Assembly (NCBI GenBank): GCA_963788655.1
Contig: CAWBHS010000072.1
Location: 64,001 to 128,000, forward strand
Direction of reading: 5' to 3'
Length of the DNA stretch: 64,000 nt
Source of the DNA: an uncultured Verrucomicrobiae bacterium
GTDB lineage: Bacteria; Verrucomicrobiota; Verrucomicrobiia; Limisphaerales; JAFGQR01
In this document: positions 61,737 through 64,000 of the stretch, in pieces
Numbering within the stretch: position 1 is the first letter of the stretch
Layout: the number at the start of each line of letters is the position of its first letter
The notes under the pieces: generated by a model
What the model was told of the DNA's origin: nothing
Database searches by the model: none
Seen by the model: only the letters and a program-made list of their open reading frames with translations
Translations under genes and position numbers: made by a program

Positions 61737-64000
61737 ATGCCTTTACCGACATGCAGACTGTTCTCGCGAACGGCTCAACTGGTGGTTGCCAGTGTGTTGT
61801 TCGGAATTTTTGCCCCGACCACCTATGCCGCTCCGGCGCTAACCAGTTTCGATTTCACCCAACCGGAGGTTGTCCAGCAGTGGCACGCGGAGCACCACAT
61901 TGCTTCGCTTAAAGCCGCGCCGGAAGGCTTGGAGGTCATGATCAACGGGCCGGATCCCTATTTTTCCGGACCACCGCAGGATTATCCGGTGGAGATTCCG
62001 TTGTGGGTGACACTGCGGTTAAAATCCGAGGCCGGTGGCAGCGGGCAATTGTTCTTCTACCGGGACCATCCCCGCGAGGAACAGTCAGTGCATTTTCCCG
62101 TGTTTCCTGGTGACTGGCGGGAGGTGCGGGTGAAGTTGCCGCCGCTTGGCCCCGGTTTTCGCTTCCGCATCGATCCACCCGGCGCGCACGGTCAATTCCT
62201 GCTGGCTGCGATAACCATTATGCCGGCCGTTGCGTTGCGTGCGCCGGAATGGACCAAAGCCAGCCCGCCGCGTTTGGCCGGTGATGAGGCTTCGATTCAA
62301 TCCGGTGCGCTCCGATTTATTCAACCCGTAGTGAACTGGGGCAGTTTGCCGTGCAAGTCGCCGGCAACCCCATGGCCATTGGGCACAATCGGCAGCAGAT
62401 CGGCTACCTGCTAGACGATCACTTGCACTGGTTCGCTTTGGCGCCGGCGTCCACCCGCAGCTTTGAAGTCCGCCAGGAAGGCCAGACCATTTTCGTGCAA
62501 GGCCGGTATGTGGACCCGAACCAGGGTGTTTGGGAAGTTGCCCAACGGTTTTCGCCGGCGACGATTCCCGATGCGATCGATGTGGCAGTGACCGTGCAGG
62601 TCAGCGCCGCGCGTTCGGTCGTGTATCTGCCGCTACTGACCTTGCTGCCTGGGGTCGGCAGTTTCGGCACGAACAAACATCAAGGGTTGTTTGCCGGTTT
62701 GGAATACCTGGCCAACGAACCAAGCAGTTCGGAGGCGGACCTCCGCGGACCGGCGGCCCATCGTCTGGTGCCGGATACGCTTAAGATCACGTTCCCGCTG
62801 ATGGCCATTCAGGCGGAGCAACGTTATGTAGGTCTGATTTGGGAAATGCAGCCGGAGTTCAGCGCCCTGTTTGATTCACCGGATCGCACCTTCAACAATG
62901 GCGGGCACGCCCTGGTCATCCTGTTTCCCGGCTCGAACGGCGCCAACCGCGACGATGGGCAACTGCTCCCCAACGACGGAACCGTGATCCAACCCGGACA
63001 GCCTGTGACCTTGCGGGCAACCATCCTTGGCGGCCGCGGAGACAGCGTGGTACCGGCGGTCGAAAACTATGTGCGGCTACATAAGTTGCCACCGCTGCCG
63101 GAAGCCATGACGATGAAAGATTACCTGCGCGTGGCGGCCGGCGGTTGGCTGGATTCGGGCTGCCGCGAAGGCAATCGTTTTCGGCACGCGGTCTGGCCCG
63201 GGTTTGGCGCTCAACCCGCCGCCGACGCTGCGTTCTACATGGACTGGCTGGCGCAGCAGACGGGCGATGCGGATTTATCCATGCGCTTACACGATACCGC
63301 GAGTCAAGCCTTGGCGGCGGTTCCCCTGGAAAATTATTATGCCTCCGCCGTCAGTCACGTGCGTTTTCCGGTCGTACCATTGGTGTATGGCCACGTGCTG
63401 GAGAGCGTTCAACAGGCGACAGCTATTGGGCGAAATCTGTTGCACCGGTTCGAGCCGGATGGGCGCGTTTTGTATCGCCCTTCGCCCAACAAGCCGGATT
63501 ATGGTTCGACCCATTTCGCGCCGGACGCCAATGGCTTGACGGCCCAAGTGGTCATGAGTCTGTTGGACGCCGCGGCCTTCTCCGGCGACGCCGATTTGAT
63601 TCACGAAGGCTTGCAAAGTCTTCGGGCATTGGACCGTTTCCGCAACACCGTGCCGCGCGGCGCGCAAACCTGGGAAGTCCCGCTGCACACGCCCGACATC
63701 CTGGCGGCGGCTTACCTGGTGCGCGCCTACACGATGGGGTATGAACTGACCGGCGATCCGGAATTTCTCGACGCGGCGCGGTACTGGGCTTGGACGGGCG
63801 TGCCGTTCATTTACTTGCGCGATCCCTCGCCCCAGCCCATTGGCCGTTATCTGACGCCGCCGGTGTACGGCGCGACCAGTTGGGTGGCTCCCGTGTGGAT
63901 GGGGCTGCCGGTGCAGTGGTGCGGCCTCGTTTATGCCGATGCTCTGTATCGACTGGTGCGTCACGATTCCCAAGGGCCATGGCAACAATTGGCTCAAGGG
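61737..64000 (+). CDS. Large secreted hypothetical protein (partial; frameshift near 62330), C-terminal part possibly an (alpha/alpha)-barrel glycan-active domain
   Basis: Signal-like N-terminus in ORF 61644..62414; another + frame stays open from ~62340 to the window end (GLFAGLEYL, VPRGAQTWEVPLHTPDILAA, YELTGDPEFLDAARYWA, WMGLPVQWCG). Confidence 0.65.

Noticed and set aside
5426..62414. Many frameshifted genes (sulfatase-like, pilin, GH172, GH123-like, GH2 fusion, hydrogenase large subunit, nfeD, last ORF) read as programmed frameshifting or mass pseudogenisation
   Set aside because: The indels are scattered single bases with no shared slippery motif, flanking motifs are intact, and they cluster at 33.9-35.7 kb; low-coverage long-read error is the simpler explanation. 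Read mapping would decide.

Overview
GC-rich bacterial chromosomal segment (roughly 60% GC by eye). Gene content, intergenic repeats and the C-terminal domain of the large secreted protein suggest a Verrucomicrobiota (Pedosphaerales/Limisphaerales-like) genome; this is inference. Many genes are split by single-base indels, densest at about 33.9-35.7 kb, which most likely reflects long-read consensus error. Contents in order: Zn-ribbon protein, OPT transporter, stand-alone DUF2271-like protein, esterase, LTA-synthase/sulfatase-like protein, type IV pilin, a sigma54-activator/fliA/flgN/csrA cassette with three sigma54-like promoters but no flagellar structural genes, xseB-dxs-icd, several glycan-active genes (GH172-like, GH123/DUF4091-like, and a GH2 fused to a GtaA 'glutaminase'-like domain), a divergent enolase beside a kinase, an AbrB/PIN toxin-antitoxin pair, two SEC-C proteins (one ending in a RelE-like domain), uxaA, an MFS transporter, a type III PKS-methyltransferase-flavin oxidoreductase cluster, a Tat-exported group 1a-like [NiFe]-hydrogenase operon, and nfeD. 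The best candidate for a new system is the hydrogenase operon. It has no cytochrome b or membrane-anchor gene and continues directly into a ~1400-aa secreted protein with an N-terminal DUF2271-like domain carrying a flavinylation-type motif (DGYTGAT), followed by CARDB-like and LVIVD repeats. This suggests H2-driven extracytoplasmic electron transfer through a flavinylated surface protein. Two MITE families and several REP-like palindromes are also present. No rRNA, tRNA or CRISPR array was recognised.
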